This document shows, one piece after another, positions 1-9,517 of a DNA stretch of 64,000 bases. Position 1 is the stretch's first letter. Each line of letters opens with the position of its first letter. Under the pieces are notes generated by a model. It had not been told where the DNA came from and searched no databases. It saw nothing but the letters and a program-made list of their open reading frames with translations. Both the position numbers and the translations under genes were made by a program. This stretch comes from Candidatus Omnitrophica bacterium UBA6215 (GTDB lineage Bacteria > Omnitrophota > Gorgyraeia > Pluralincolimonadales > Pluralincolimonadaceae), in assembly GCA_002421665.1 (NCBI GenBank), contig DISH01000004.1, positions 87,174 through 151,173 on the forward strand, in the 5' to 3' direction.

Positions 1-1
1 G

Positions 2-1708
2 GGTTTGGTTTCACCCGACAGGACGAAAGACGTCCATACCTTGCTGCTCAACGGCCTCAGGGACCGCGGCATGCAGGCATCGGTCCAGGCGGTAAGGGTA
101 TCCGACATCGGGGTCTATAACCAAGGCGTGGTCATAAAGGTACTTCCCGACGTGACATATTTCAACGTCAAGGATGAAGACATCGGCAGGATACTTGATG
201 CGATCAAGCAGGACAAGACCATAAGCGAGCTTGCTTCACGCAGGGAACCCAAGCAGTTGAGGGTAGTCCTGCGCAATTGCGGCGTTATCGATCCCGAGAG
301 CATCGAAGAGTATATTGCCCACGACGGTTACCAGGCGATAAAGAAGGTCCTCTTCGAATTCAAGACCCCCGATAAGACCATAGATGAGATGAAGAAGAGC
401 GGGTTGAGGGGGAGGGGCGGCGCGGGTTTCCCGACATGGATGAAGTGGATCTTTGCGAAGCAGGTAGCCTCCGACCAGAAATATGTCATCTGCAATGGCG
501 ATGAGGGCGATCCAGGTGCATACATGGATAGGAGCGTCCTTGAAGGAGATCCTCACTCCGTAGTCGAAGGCATGATGATAGCCGGTTTTTCTATCGGTGC
601 CACAAAAGGATACTTTTATATCAGGGCGGAGTACCCGCTTGCCGTTGAGAGGGTCCAGAAAGCTATCGACCAGTGCTACGAGGCAGGATTGCTCGGTAAT
701 AATGTTTTGGGAAGCGGTTTTAATTTTGATCTCGAAGTCAGGCTCGGCGCGGGCGCTTTCGTCTGCGGCGAAGAGACCGCCCTTATCGCTTCGATAGAGG
801 GCAGGAGAGGCACCCCGCATCCGCGTCCGCCGTATCCGTCGGTCAAAGGACTCTGGGACAAACCGACCGTTATAAATAACGTCGAGACGCTTGCCAACGT
901 TCCTTATATAATCCTGAAAGGCGGGGATGAGTTCGCAAAAGTAGGAACGCAGACCTCTAAGGGAACCAAGGTATTCGCTCTTACCGGAAAGGTAAAGAAC
1001 TCCGGCCTCGTAGAAGTGCCGATGGGCACCAGTATCCGCGAGATAGTCTTCGATATCGGCGGCGGCATCCTGAACAACAAGAATATCAAGGCGGTCCAGT
1101 CGGGCGGGCCTTCGGGCGGAGTCATACCCAAGGACTACATAGATACACCCGTCGATTACGAGAACCTCCAGAAGCTCGGTTCCATAATGGGTTCGGGCGG
1201 CATGATAGTCATGGATGAGGATGATTGCATGGTAGATATCGCCTGTTTCTACCAGAGGTTCTGCTACGACGAATCCTGCGGCAAATGTTCGCCGTGCAGG
1301 ATAGGCACCACCCAGATGCTCAATACCTTGTGCAAGATCACCGAGGGCCTGGGTGAGTTGAGCGACCTGGACAATTTAAGAAGGATAGCGCAGGCCATGC
1401 AGAGGGCGGCTTTATGCGGCCTTGGGCAGACGGCGCCGAACCCGGTCATATCTACGTTAAGATATTACGAGGACGAGTACAAGGCCCATATAATCGATAA
1501 AAAGTGCCCGTCCAAGAAGTGCCGCAACCTGTTGACATACAAGGTTATCTCGGAAAAATGCAAGAAATGCGGTCTTTGCCTGAAGAATTGCGAGGCGAAG
1601 GCCATAACTGGCAATAAAGACGACGGTTACATCATCGACATGAACAAGTGCATCCGCTGCGGCAGATGTTTCGAGGTCTGCAAGTTCAAAGCGGTAAGCA
1701 AGGAATAG
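2..1708 (+). CDS. NADH-binding [FeFe]-hydrogenase subunit HydB/HndC (NuoF-like flavoprotein with C-terminal 2x[4Fe-4S] ferredoxin domain); 5' end outside window
   Basis: The ORF runs from the window edge. It has the NuoF signature GAGAFVCGEETALIASIEG, an SLBB/4Fe-4S region and a C-terminal CxxCxxCxxxCP pair (CKKCGLC...CIRCGRCFEVC). It sits immediately upstream of hydA. Confidence 0.85.
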   Translation, partial: GLVSPDRTKDVHTLLLNGLRDRGMQASVQAVRVSDIGVYNQGVVIKVLPDVTYFNVKDEDIGRILDAIKQDKTISELASRREPKQLRVVLRNCGVIDPESIEEYIAHDGYQAIKKVLFEFKTPDKTIDEMKKSGLRGRGGAGFPTWMKWIFAKQVASDQKYVICNGDEGDPGAYMDRSVLEGDPHSVVEGMMIAGFSIGATKGYFYIRAEYPLAVERVQKAIDQCYEAGLLGNNVLGSGFNFDLEVRLGAGAFVCGEETALIASIEGRRGTPHPRPPYPSVKGLWDKPTVINNVETLANVPYIILKGGDEFAKVGTQTSKGTKVFALTGKVKNSGLVEVPMGTSIREIVFDIGGGILNNKNIKAVQSGGPSGGVIPKDYIDTPVDYENLQKLGSIMGSGGMIVMDEDDCMVDIACFYQRFCYDESCGKCSPCRIGTTQMLNTLCKITEGLGELSDLDNLRRIAQAMQRAALCGLGQTAPNPVISTLRYYEDEYKAHIIDKKCPSKKCRNLLTYKVISEKCKKCGLCLKNCEAKAITGNKDDGYIIDMNKCIRCGRCFEVCKFKAVSKE

Positions 1709-1711
1709 ACA

Positions 1712-3463
1712 ATGGCCAAATTAATACACGCAAAGATAAATGATATACCGGTTGAGGTAAACGAAGGCACGACCATCCTTGAGGCTGCGAAGAGCGTACA
1801 GATCAAGATACCTACGCTTTGCAAGCACCCGGACCTTCCGCCGTCAGCAAGCTGCGGTATATGTATCGTAAGGGTCAAGGGCTCGAACAAGATGTTGAGG
1901 GCCTGCTGCACGCCGCTCGAGGAGAAGATGGAGATAACCACGCACGACCCCGAGATAGTCGCTATCAGGAAGAGCGTGATAGAACTGATACTTTCGAACC
2001 ACCCGAACGACTGCCTTACCTGCGGCCGCAACGGCAACTGCGAGTTACAGAAGCTGGTGGCTGATTTCGGCATTACCGAGGAATATTTCCCGAAGATAAA
2101 GAGGGACCTTCCTAAAGATGACTCCACCAAGGCGATCATCCTTGAACCGGAGAAATGCATCCTTTGCGGACGCTGCACCTACGTGTGCCAGGACATGCAG
2201 GATGTGTGGGCCCTCTCGTTCCTGCAAAGGGGTATAAAGACCAGGTTCTCCCCCGCGGGAGACATACAACTTTCCGAATCGCCGTGTATAAAGTGCGGCC
2301 AGTGCGCAGCGCACTGCCCGACCGGCGCCATACTTGAGTACTATGATGTCCCGAAGGCATGGGCCGCTCTCCAGAACCCGGACAAATATTGCGTGGTCCA
2401 GATCGCCCCGGCTGTCAGGGCCTCCATAGGCGAAGCGTTCGGCTATCCCGGGAAGAACTTTACCGGTAAGCTTTATTCGCTGCTTCGCAGGCTCGGTTTC
2501 AAGGCCGTCTTCGATACCAACTTCGCGGCGGACGTAACCATAATGGAAGAGGCCAGCGAGTTGAAGGAGAGGCTGTTGGAAGGCAGGAAGCCCCTTCCTC
2601 TTATCACGACCTGCTGCCCGTCGTGGGTAGACTTCATGGAGAAGTTCCACACCGATATGATAGACAATTTCTCCTCGTGCAAGTCGCCCCATGAGATCCT
2701 GGGCGTGCTTTCCAAGACATATTACGCGCAGAAGAACAAAATTGACCCGTCGAAGATCGTCATGGTATCCATCATGCCTTGCACCTCCAAGAAGTATGAG
2801 ATAGGCAGGTGCGATGAGATGCATGCCTCCGGCTACCAGGACGTGGACATAGTCCTTACGACCAGGGAGCTCGCCGGCATGATCAAACAGGCGGGTATAG
2901 ACTTCATCAACCTACCGGACAGCGAGCCGGATTCGATACTCGGCGATTATTCGGGTGCCGCCGTAATATTCGGAGCGACTGGCGGTGTCATGGAAGCCGC
3001 TGTCAGGACCGCGAACTACCTGATCACAGGCAAGGAACTTCCCAAGGTTGACCTCGAAGCCGTAAGGGGCCTTGAGAAGGTCAAGGAAGCCGAACTCGAG
3101 ATAGCCGGAAAGAAGATCCGGGTTGCGGTAGCGCACGGGATGGCGAACGTCGAATACGTACTTAACAAGGTCAGGGAAGCCAAAAAGGCAGGCAAGGAGC
3201 TTCCTTACCACTTCATAGAAGTAATGGCATGCCCCGGCGGTTGCGTCGGCGGCGGCGGCCAGCCCTACATGGTGACCGACGAGGTCCGCATGATGAGGGC
3301 GAAGGTCCTCTACGAGGATGATAAGGGCAAGGCGGAGCGCTGCTCGCACCAGAACCCTTATGTAAAGCAGCTCTACAAGGAGTTCCTTGAAAAGCCGTTG
3401 AGCGAGAAATCGGAAAAACTCTTGCACACGACTTATAAAGGCGTGCCCGTCTACAGAAAATAG
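1712..3463 (+). CDS. hydA: [FeFe]-hydrogenase catalytic subunit (M3-type, N-terminal 2Fe-2S plus accessory FeS domains)
   Basis: All three H-cluster motifs are present: L1 TTCCPSWV, L2 MPCTSKKYE, L3 EVMACPGGCVGGGGQP. There are N-terminal Cys clusters for [2Fe-2S] and [4Fe-4S]. The gene is 583 aa. Confidence 0.9.
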   Translation: MAKLIHAKINDIPVEVNEGTTILEAAKSVQIKIPTLCKHPDLPPSASCGICIVRVKGSNKMLRACCTPLEEKMEITTHDPEIVAIRKSVIELILSNHPNDCLTCGRNGNCELQKLVADFGITEEYFPKIKRDLPKDDSTKAIILEPEKCILCGRCTYVCQDMQDVWALSFLQRGIKTRFSPAGDIQLSESPCIKCGQCAAHCPTGAILEYYDVPKAWAALQNPDKYCVVQIAPAVRASIGEAFGYPGKNFTGKLYSLLRRLGFKAVFDTNFAADVTIMEEASELKERLLEGRKPLPLITTCCPSWVDFMEKFHTDMIDNFSSCKSPHEILGVLSKTYYAQKNKIDPSKIVMVSIMPCTSKKYEIGRCDEMHASGYQDVDIVLTTRELAGMIKQAGIDFINLPDSEPDSILGDYSGAAVIFGATGGVMEAAVRTANYLITGKELPKVDLEAVRGLEKVKEAELEIAGKKIRVAVAHGMANVEYVLNKVREAKKAGKELPYHFIEVMACPGGCVGGGGQPYMVTDEVRMMRAKVLYEDDKGKAERCSHQNPYVKQLYKEFLEKPLSEKSEKLLHTTYKGVPVYRK

Positions 3464-3490
3464 GGGACGTGCCGTTTTGGGACAGGTTAC
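3464..3490 (+). repeat. Dispersed repeat family copy (a): GGGGACGTGCCGTTTTGGGACAGGTTAC
   Basis: It shares the core GGGACGTG..TTTGGGACAGGTTAC with copies at 21362, 25820, 56471, 57193 and 61008. It lies directly after the hydA stop codon. Confidence 0.7.
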
Positions 3491-3554
3491 TTAAATAAAT
3501 ACCTGCGGCCAGGTACAAGTTACTGAAGCCAAGGGGACAGGGATGTAAATACCA

Positions 3555-3587
3555 CCCGGTTCCTTCGCAGGAACCGGGTTTTGTTTT
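3555..3587 (+). terminator. Rho-independent terminator after hydA
   Basis: Perfect 9-bp stem CCCGGTTCC / GGAACCGGG with loop TTCGCA, followed by TTTTGTTTT. Confidence 0.75.
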
Positions 3588-3608
3588 ATAAGCATACCGG
3601 GAGGATAA

Positions 3609-3857
3609 ATGGAAAAAAGACTTGGGTTCATGGGAATAATCGTGACGGACAGGAACAAGCAGGCCGGCGAGGTCAATAGGGTCCTTTCCGAGTTCGGCAG
3701 CATCATACTGGGCAGGATGGGTATCCCGTACAAGGAGAGGAACTGTTCGGTGATAACGATAATTGTCGACGCGACAACCGATGAAGTAGGCGCGCTTACC
3801 GGCAGGCTTGGCCTAATCAAAGGCGTCTCGGTCAAGTCCGCATTATCGAAAGGATAA
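3609..3857 (+). CDS. Iron-only hydrogenase system regulator (TM1266 family, ACT/CopG-like small protein)
   Basis: An 82-aa protein with a TM1266-like sequence (GIIVTDRNKQAGEVNRVLSEFGSIILGRMGIPY). It is the first gene of the hydEFG maturase cluster, as in Thermotoga. Confidence 0.7.
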   Translation: MEKRLGFMGIIVTDRNKQAGEVNRVLSEFGSIILGRMGIPYKERNCSVITIIVDATTDEVGALTGRLGLIKGVSVKSALSKG

Positions 3858-3864
3858 CGTTTAA

Positions 3865-5262
3865 ATGCGTTACAGGACGGAGAAGGACATTATCGGCGAA
3901 AGACAGGTCCCTGAGGACGCCTATTGGGGTATCCATACGCTAAGGGCTTCGGAAAACTTTCCTTTGAGCGGTTACAGGGTAAATCCCGCCTTACTCAAGG
4001 CGATAGTCTTTGTAAAGAAGGCCGCGGTACTCGCGAATAAAGAGCTCGGATATCTCGATGCCCCCAAGGCCGACGCCATTATATGCTCCTGCGACAGGAT
4101 CTCCGAAGGGATAGAGAAGCGGTCTTTTCTCCCGGAATTCCCGGTTGACGCGCTCCAGGGAGGTGCGGGCACCTCGACAAATATGAACGTCAACGAAGTC
4201 ATAGCAAACTGTGCCCTTGAAATTACGGGGAAAGCAAAGGGCGATTATGTGTCAATAGACCCCATAGAGGACGTAAACAAGCACCAATCCACGAACGATG
4301 TCTATCCTACGGCGCTCAAGATCGCCTGTATATACGGGCTCAGGCGCCTGAGCGCTGCAATAGAAAAAACTCAGGGAGCATTCCAGGCCAAGGAGAAGGA
4401 ATTTGCCGGCATTGTAAAGATGGGCCGCACCGAGCTGCAGGATGCCGTTCCGATAACATTAGGCGCTGAGTTCTCGGCGTTTGCCGAAGCTTTCGGCAGG
4501 GACAGGTGGCGGACGTTCAAGTGCGAAGAGCGCCTTCGGGTGGTCAACATAGGCGGCACCGCGGTCGGCACAGGTCTTACCGCCCCAAGGGACTATATTT
4601 TCCTCGCGATAGAAAAATTGCGCGAGACGACCGGCCTCGGGCTTTCCAGGTCGGAAAACTTAATGGATGCCACGGCTAACCAGGACCCCTTCGTGGAGGT
4701 ATCGGGAATGTTAAAAGCTCATGCCTCGAACCTGGTAAAGATCTCAGGAGACCTGCGGTTGATGGGCCTTTTGGGCGAGGTGATCCTGCCCAGGATCCAG
4801 GCGGGCTCTTCGGTGATGCCCGGAAAGGTGAATCCCGTGATACTTGAGGCCGCTGCCCAGGCCGGGATGAAAGTCATTGCGAACGATCTTGTCGTAACGC
4901 AGTGCGCTATGAAAGGCAGCCTCCAGATAGACGAGTTCATGCCGTTATTGGCGCACTCGATCCTTGAATCCATAGATATAATGGCCGGTATCAATACGGT
5001 CCTCTGCACGCATATAGGCGGCATAGGAGCGGATCCGGTAAAATGCCGCGAATACCTCGATAACAGTCCCGCGGTCATAACGGCTTTCCTGTCCGTACTC
5101 GGTTACAAGAAGGCCGAGGAACTGGCAAAAGGATATTCCGCCGGACGGGGGAAAAGCATAATACGGTATCTTGAGGAAAAACTCGGGAAAGAGGCGGTGG
5201 AAAAGGCACTCTCGCCGCAGAATCTTACGTCATTGGGATACAGGAATGATAAAAACACCTAA
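3865..5262 (+). CDS. Aspartate ammonia-lyase/fumarase-family protein associated with the [FeFe]-hydrogenase maturase cluster
   Basis: Fumarate-lyase family motifs GTSTNMNVNEVIAN and the signature GSSVMPGKVNP. It is 465 aa and lies between the regulator and hydF. Confidence 0.8.
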   Translation: MRYRTEKDIIGERQVPEDAYWGIHTLRASENFPLSGYRVNPALLKAIVFVKKAAVLANKELGYLDAPKADAIICSCDRISEGIEKRSFLPEFPVDALQGGAGTSTNMNVNEVIANCALEITGKAKGDYVSIDPIEDVNKHQSTNDVYPTALKIACIYGLRRLSAAIEKTQGAFQAKEKEFAGIVKMGRTELQDAVPITLGAEFSAFAEAFGRDRWRTFKCEERLRVVNIGGTAVGTGLTAPRDYIFLAIEKLRETTGLGLSRSENLMDATANQDPFVEVSGMLKAHASNLVKISGDLRLMGLLGEVILPRIQAGSSVMPGKVNPVILEAAAQAGMKVIANDLVVTQCAMKGSLQIDEFMPLLAHSILESIDIMAGINTVLCTHIGGIGADPVKCREYLDNSPAVITAFLSVLGYKKAEELAKGYSAGRGKSIIRYLEEKLGKEAVEKALSPQNLTSLGYRNDKNT

Positions 5263-6496
5263 ATCGCTCAGGCTGCAGATAGGCATCTTCGGCCGCACCA
5301 ACGTCGGCAAATCAAGCTTCCTTAACATGGCGGCGGGCCAGGATGTTGCCATAACTTCGCCGGTAGCCGGCACCACGACCGATGTCGTAGAGAAGTCTAT
5401 GGAGCTCCCGCCTATAGGCCCGGTCGTTTTTCTTGATACGGCCGGCATTGACGACAGGTCCGAACTCTCATCTGCGCGTCTGGGAAAGACCTCGAAGATA
5501 TTTGACCGCGCTGATGTTGCCGTCCTTGTAGTAGAACCGGATACCTGGTCCGATTACGAGGATAACGTTACCGCAGAACTCAGGAAGCGCGGCATACCGG
5601 TCATCATCGTGGTAAATAAGGCAGATATAAAGGCCCCGCGCGCGGGTTTTGCTGCGGATAAATCGGACAGGGTGATGCTTTGCTCGAGCGTGGACCTTTC
5701 CGGGAGGGACAGGTATGTCACAGAGCTCAAGAGGCACCTGATAGAGGCCTGCCCCGAAGATTTCCTGAACCCGCCCGCGCTTATCGGGGATCTGCTTCCG
5801 GCAGGGGGGACGGCCGTGTTGATAGTCCCCATAGACCTGCAGGCGCCGAAAGGACGCCTGATACTGCCGCAGGTCCAGACGATACGCGACGCCCTCGATA
5901 ACGACGCCTCCGCAATAGTGGTAAAGGAAAGGGAATTTGTCGCGCTGCTTGGGAAGATGAAAGTACTTCCCGATATAGTAGTCTGCGATTCACAGGTAGT
6001 GCTAAAGACGGTTGCGGATACTCCCGCGCAAGTCAAGTGCACCACTTTCTCGATATTGTTCTCAAGGTATAAAGGCGACCTCATAGAAGCGGCAAAAGGC
6101 GCGGCCGTAATAGATTCGCTCAAGCCCGGTGACAGGGTCCTTATCGCCGAAGCATGCAGCCATCACGCCATCGAGGACGACATAGGCCGCGTGAAGATCC
6201 CCCGATGGCTCAGGCAGTATGTCGGGGGCGACATCAAGATAGACGTTTCTTCGGGCAGGGATTACCCGGAGGACCTGGAGGAGTACAGACTTGTGATACA
6301 TTGCGGGGGATGCATGATAACCCGGCGCGAGATGCTCAGCCGCATCGAGAAGGCCGGACAGGCCGGTGTCGCGATAACGAATTACGGCCTGGCCATATCC
6401 GTATCACAGGGAGTGATAAAGCGCGTGCTCTCGCCGTTCCCGGCGGCGCTCGACGCTTACCTGAAGAGTTCCGAGGATAAAAAGGAGAAGAGATGA
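5246..6496 (+). CDS. hydF: [FeFe]-hydrogenase maturase GTPase HydF
   Basis: P-loop GRTNVGKSSFLN and the C-terminal FeS-binding motif CSHH...HCGGC. The start is moved to the internal ATG at 5246 (MIKTPKSL), which is preceded by AGGA. The 5171 ORF start overlaps the upstream gene by 92 nt. Confidence 0.8.
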   Translation: MIKTPKSLRLQIGIFGRTNVGKSSFLNMAAGQDVAITSPVAGTTTDVVEKSMELPPIGPVVFLDTAGIDDRSELSSARLGKTSKIFDRADVAVLVVEPDTWSDYEDNVTAELRKRGIPVIIVVNKADIKAPRAGFAADKSDRVMLCSSVDLSGRDRYVTELKRHLIEACPEDFLNPPALIGDLLPAGGTAVLIVPIDLQAPKGRLILPQVQTIRDALDNDASAIVVKEREFVALLGKMKVLPDIVVCDSQVVLKTVADTPAQVKCTTFSILFSRYKGDLIEAAKGAAVIDSLKPGDRVLIAEACSHHAIEDDIGRVKIPRWLRQYVGGDIKIDVSSGRDYPEDLEEYRLVIHCGGCMITRREMLSRIEKAGQAGVAITNYGLAISVSQGVIKRVLSPFPAALDAYLKSSEDKKEKR

Positions 6497-7875
6497 AATA
6501 CATAGATGAAGCAAGGATCGAGGAGCTTTTAGGCAAAAGCGCCGGTACTTGTGCGGCGCGCGTGGAAGAGATACTCGGGAAGGCCCGGACGCTCAAGCGG
6601 CTCTCGCTTGAGGAGACCGCCGTCCTGCTTGCCGTGGAAGACCCATCGCTAGTAAAAAAGGTCTTTGAGGCGGCCTTGTTCGTCAAGAATGCTATCTACG
6701 GCAACCGCATAGTCCTGTTCGCGCCTCTATATATATCGAACCTTTGCCAGAACCAGTGCCTCTATTGCGCATTCCACGCGGGGAACAAAGAGGTAAAAAG
6801 GAAATACCTGAATACCGAGGAGGTACGAGGCCAGGCAGAGTGGCTTCTCAAGAGAGGCCACAAGCGCCTCCTGCTGGTCGCGGGCGAATCGGGAGTGCCC
6901 GGCAAATCGGCCGTTGATTATTATATCGAATCGGTCGAGGCGGCATATTCCGCGCGTTCAGGGCCCCATTACATAAAGAGGGTAAATATAAACTGCGCGC
7001 CGCTTTCGGTGGAGGATTTCAGAAAATTGAAGGCGTCGCATATCGGGACTTTCCAGCTTTTCCAGGAGACGTACCACGATGCGACTTACAGGAAGTGCCA
7101 TGTCAAGGGGCCCAAGAGCGACCCCGACAACCGCCTCGATGCCATAGACAGGGCTTTCGCGGCCGGTATAGACGACGTGGGCATAGGACCCTTGTACGGA
7201 CTTTACGATTACAAGTTCGAGACGCTCGCGATGATGATGCATATCGAGCACCTCGAAAAGAAATTCAACGTCGGACCGCATACGATATCCGTTCCCAGGA
7301 TAGAACCGGCCGTCGGTTCGGAGCTTTCCATGCGCCCGCCTTACCCGGTATCCGACGACGAGTTCAAAAAACTCGTTGCCGTCATACGCCTGAGCGTTCC
7401 CTATACCGGGATGATACTTACTACCAGGGAGCTGCCGGCTATGCGTGATGAAGTTATCAGGCTGGGTATCTCACAGGTGAGCGCGGAATCCAGGACCTCT
7501 CCGGGCGGTTACGGGGACGACGAAAAATGGGACGCGCAATTCGTCAACAGCGACAGGCGCAGCCTCGACGACATGGTAGGGATGCTGATAAAGAACGGTT
7601 TTGTCCCCAGTTTCTGCGCGGCCTGCTACAGGCGCGAAAGGACAGGAGAGAGTTTCATGAGCCTGGCCAGGCCCGGGCTGATAAAAGGCATGTGCAGCGT
7701 CAACGCCCTTGTGACGCTCAAGGAATACCTCGATGATTTTGCCAGCCCTGCCGTAAAAGCTGACGGATACAAACTTATAGAGAGCGAGACCGCCAAACTC
7801 GATCCCGGTTCAAGGGAACAGGTTTCCAGGCTGTTCTCGGCCATCGATGCAGGAATGAGGGATGAATACGTCTAA
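6493..7875 (+). CDS. hydG: [FeFe]-hydrogenase maturase HydG (radical SAM tyrosine lyase)
   Basis: Radical-SAM motif CQNQCLYCAF. The 460-aa length and a C-terminal auxiliary-cluster Cys region (CAACYRRERTGESF...MCSVN) are typical of HydG. The ATGA overlap with hydF indicates translational coupling. Confidence 0.85.
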   Translation: MKYIDEARIEELLGKSAGTCAARVEEILGKARTLKRLSLEETAVLLAVEDPSLVKKVFEAALFVKNAIYGNRIVLFAPLYISNLCQNQCLYCAFHAGNKEVKRKYLNTEEVRGQAEWLLKRGHKRLLLVAGESGVPGKSAVDYYIESVEAAYSARSGPHYIKRVNINCAPLSVEDFRKLKASHIGTFQLFQETYHDATYRKCHVKGPKSDPDNRLDAIDRAFAAGIDDVGIGPLYGLYDYKFETLAMMMHIEHLEKKFNVGPHTISVPRIEPAVGSELSMRPPYPVSDDEFKKLVAVIRLSVPYTGMILTTRELPAMRDEVIRLGISQVSAESRTSPGGYGDDEKWDAQFVNSDRRSLDDMVGMLIKNGFVPSFCAACYRRERTGESFMSLARPGLIKGMCSVNALVTLKEYLDDFASPAVKADGYKLIESETAKLDPGSREQVSRLFSAIDAGMRDEYV

Positions 7876-8839
7876 AAACCTCGATTATTTCGAGAAGATA
7901 CTTTCATTGGAAGGGGAAGAGGCCCGTAAGCTCTACGACCGCGCCGATGAAGTCCGCAGGCGCTATGCCGGGGACAAGATACTCCTGCGGGGGCTTGTCG
8001 AATTCTCTAACCATTGTGCAAGGTATTGCTATTACTGCGGCCTGAATACGGCCAATGCCTCCCTGGAAAGGTACCGCCTTACGCGCGAAGAGATACTCGA
8101 GAGCGCGGCAAGGATAGCTGCCGATAACATCAAGACGATAGTCCTGCAATCAGGCGAGGACCCGGCTCTGGACCCTGCCTGGCTTGCGGAGATAATAAAA
8201 GAGATCAAGTCCCGCCATAATATGGCCGTGACGCTATCTGCAGGTGAAAGGCCGCGGGCCGATTATGGATTGTGGAGGAGATCCGGTGCTGACAGGTATC
8301 TGCTTAAGATAGAGACATCCGATAAGAAGCTTTACGACTCACTGCATAAGGGTATGAGTTTCGAGAACCGACTGCGCTGCCTGCAGGACATAAAGGACCT
8401 CGGGTATGAGGCGGGTTCGGGCATAATGGTAGGGTTGCCCGGGCAGACGTTGCGAAATATCGCGGAGGATATCTTGTTTTTCAAAGAGTGGAAATTTGAC
8501 ATGATAGGCATAGGGCCGTTCATCCCGCATGAAAAGACCGAGTTGGCCGGCAAGCCTGCCGGCGGCGTTGAGATGGTATTGAAGACGCTCGCGCTTACGC
8601 GAATAGTTATGGGGAGGGTCAACCTGCCTGCCACGACCTCTCTTGGGAGCATGGATAAGGATTACAGGATAGAGGGGCTTAAAGCCGGTGCGAACGTTCT
8701 TATGCCTAATTACACCCCAGATAAATACAAGGTATTATACGAGATCTATCCTAATAAGAGGTGTATAAGCGAATCTGCAGGAACCTGCGCGCCATGTATG
8801 GCATCGCTTGCCGCGTCGATAGGCAGGTTAGTCGCGTGA
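7862..8839 (+). CDS. hydE: [FeFe]-hydrogenase maturase HydE (radical SAM, biotin-synthase-like)
   Basis: Radical-SAM motif CARYCYYCG. The 325-aa BioB-like length and its position after hydG support HydE. Confidence 0.85.
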   Translation: MNTSKNLDYFEKILSLEGEEARKLYDRADEVRRRYAGDKILLRGLVEFSNHCARYCYYCGLNTANASLERYRLTREEILESAARIAADNIKTIVLQSGEDPALDPAWLAEIIKEIKSRHNMAVTLSAGERPRADYGLWRRSGADRYLLKIETSDKKLYDSLHKGMSFENRLRCLQDIKDLGYEAGSGIMVGLPGQTLRNIAEDILFFKEWKFDMIGIGPFIPHEKTELAGKPAGGVEMVLKTLALTRIVMGRVNLPATTSLGSMDKDYRIEGLKAGANVLMPNYTPDKYKVLYEIYPNKRCISESAGTCAPCMASLAASIGRLVA

Positions 8840-9364
8840 TCTTTTGAAACCGAGCAGGCCTATAAGTCCGGTGCCGAAAAGGAGGAGGGAGACGGGTTCC
8901 GGGACGGCCGCCACTTCGAAAGTAGCCGTATCCCCGCCGGTCAATATGATATTCGGCGTTATCCCGTTCAAAGTATATATAGTATAACCGCCGTACACTT
9001 TCCAGTCGCCGGGCTGTTTTAAGACATCCCAGCCGTCAAGTTTTACCCAGGTGTTCTGAAAACCGTTTGGATAAAATTCCTGGTCGAATCCCTCCACGTC
9101 TTCGAACGTTTCTTCTCCGTTATCAATGTGGAACCATGCGGCCGAAACGGACAACTTCGGGTACATGCCCTGGGCCCCGCTGAAACCCGGGACATTGATA
9201 TACAACCACGGGGTCTCATCATATCCGAAAACGGTTTTCTCGATAGTACTGCCCGATGATCCCACGGTCTTAACGCTGAAATCGGCGTGCGCGTCTGTTA
9301 AAAACGTTTCGAACGCCAGGAATAAAAAAAGGAAAATAATAAATTTATACGACTTTCTTGGCAT
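8828..9364 (-). CDS. Secreted PEP-CTERM sorting-domain protein
   Basis: N-terminal signal peptide MPRKSYKFIIFLFLFLAFE. The C-terminus is VPEPVSLLLFGTGLIGLLGFKRSRD: a PEP motif, a TM helix and a basic tail. It is convergent with hydE and overlaps its end by 12 nt. Confidence 0.85.
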   Translation of the reverse strand: MPRKSYKFIIFLFLFLAFETFLTDAHADFSVKTVGSSGSTIEKTVFGYDETPWLYINVPGFSGAQGMYPKLSVSAAWFHIDNGEETFEDVEGFDQEFYPNGFQNTWVKLDGWDVLKQPGDWKVYGGYTIYTLNGITPNIILTGGDTATFEVAAVPEPVSLLLFGTGLIGLLGFKRSRD

Positions 9365-9465
9365 CTATTTATGCCTCCATTGAAATTTGACTAATTATAC
9401 ACCATATCATAAAGGGCGTCCAGAGTAATTTATTGCTATTTGTGGGGATTGAACCGACAGCCGGC

Positions 9466-9494
9466 TTGACAAACGGCCGGTTTAGTCCTATAAT
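9466..9494 (+). promoter_or_regulatory. Consensus sigma70-type promoter (TTGACA-17-TATAAT) upstream of the membrane-complex operon
   Basis: Exact TTGACA at 9466-9471, a 17-nt spacer, and exact TATAAT at 9489-9494. This is about 24 nt upstream of the ATG at 9518. Confidence 0.65.
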
Positions 9495-9517
9495 ATCAAC
9501 AATCAAAATAAAATAAA

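Noticed and set aside
5171-5245. Upstream start of the hydF ORF at 5171
   Set aside because: It would overlap the lyase gene by 92 nt and add an Arg/Lys-rich non-conserved leader. The internal ATG 5246 is preceded by an AGGA RBS and places the G1 P-loop at the normal distance.
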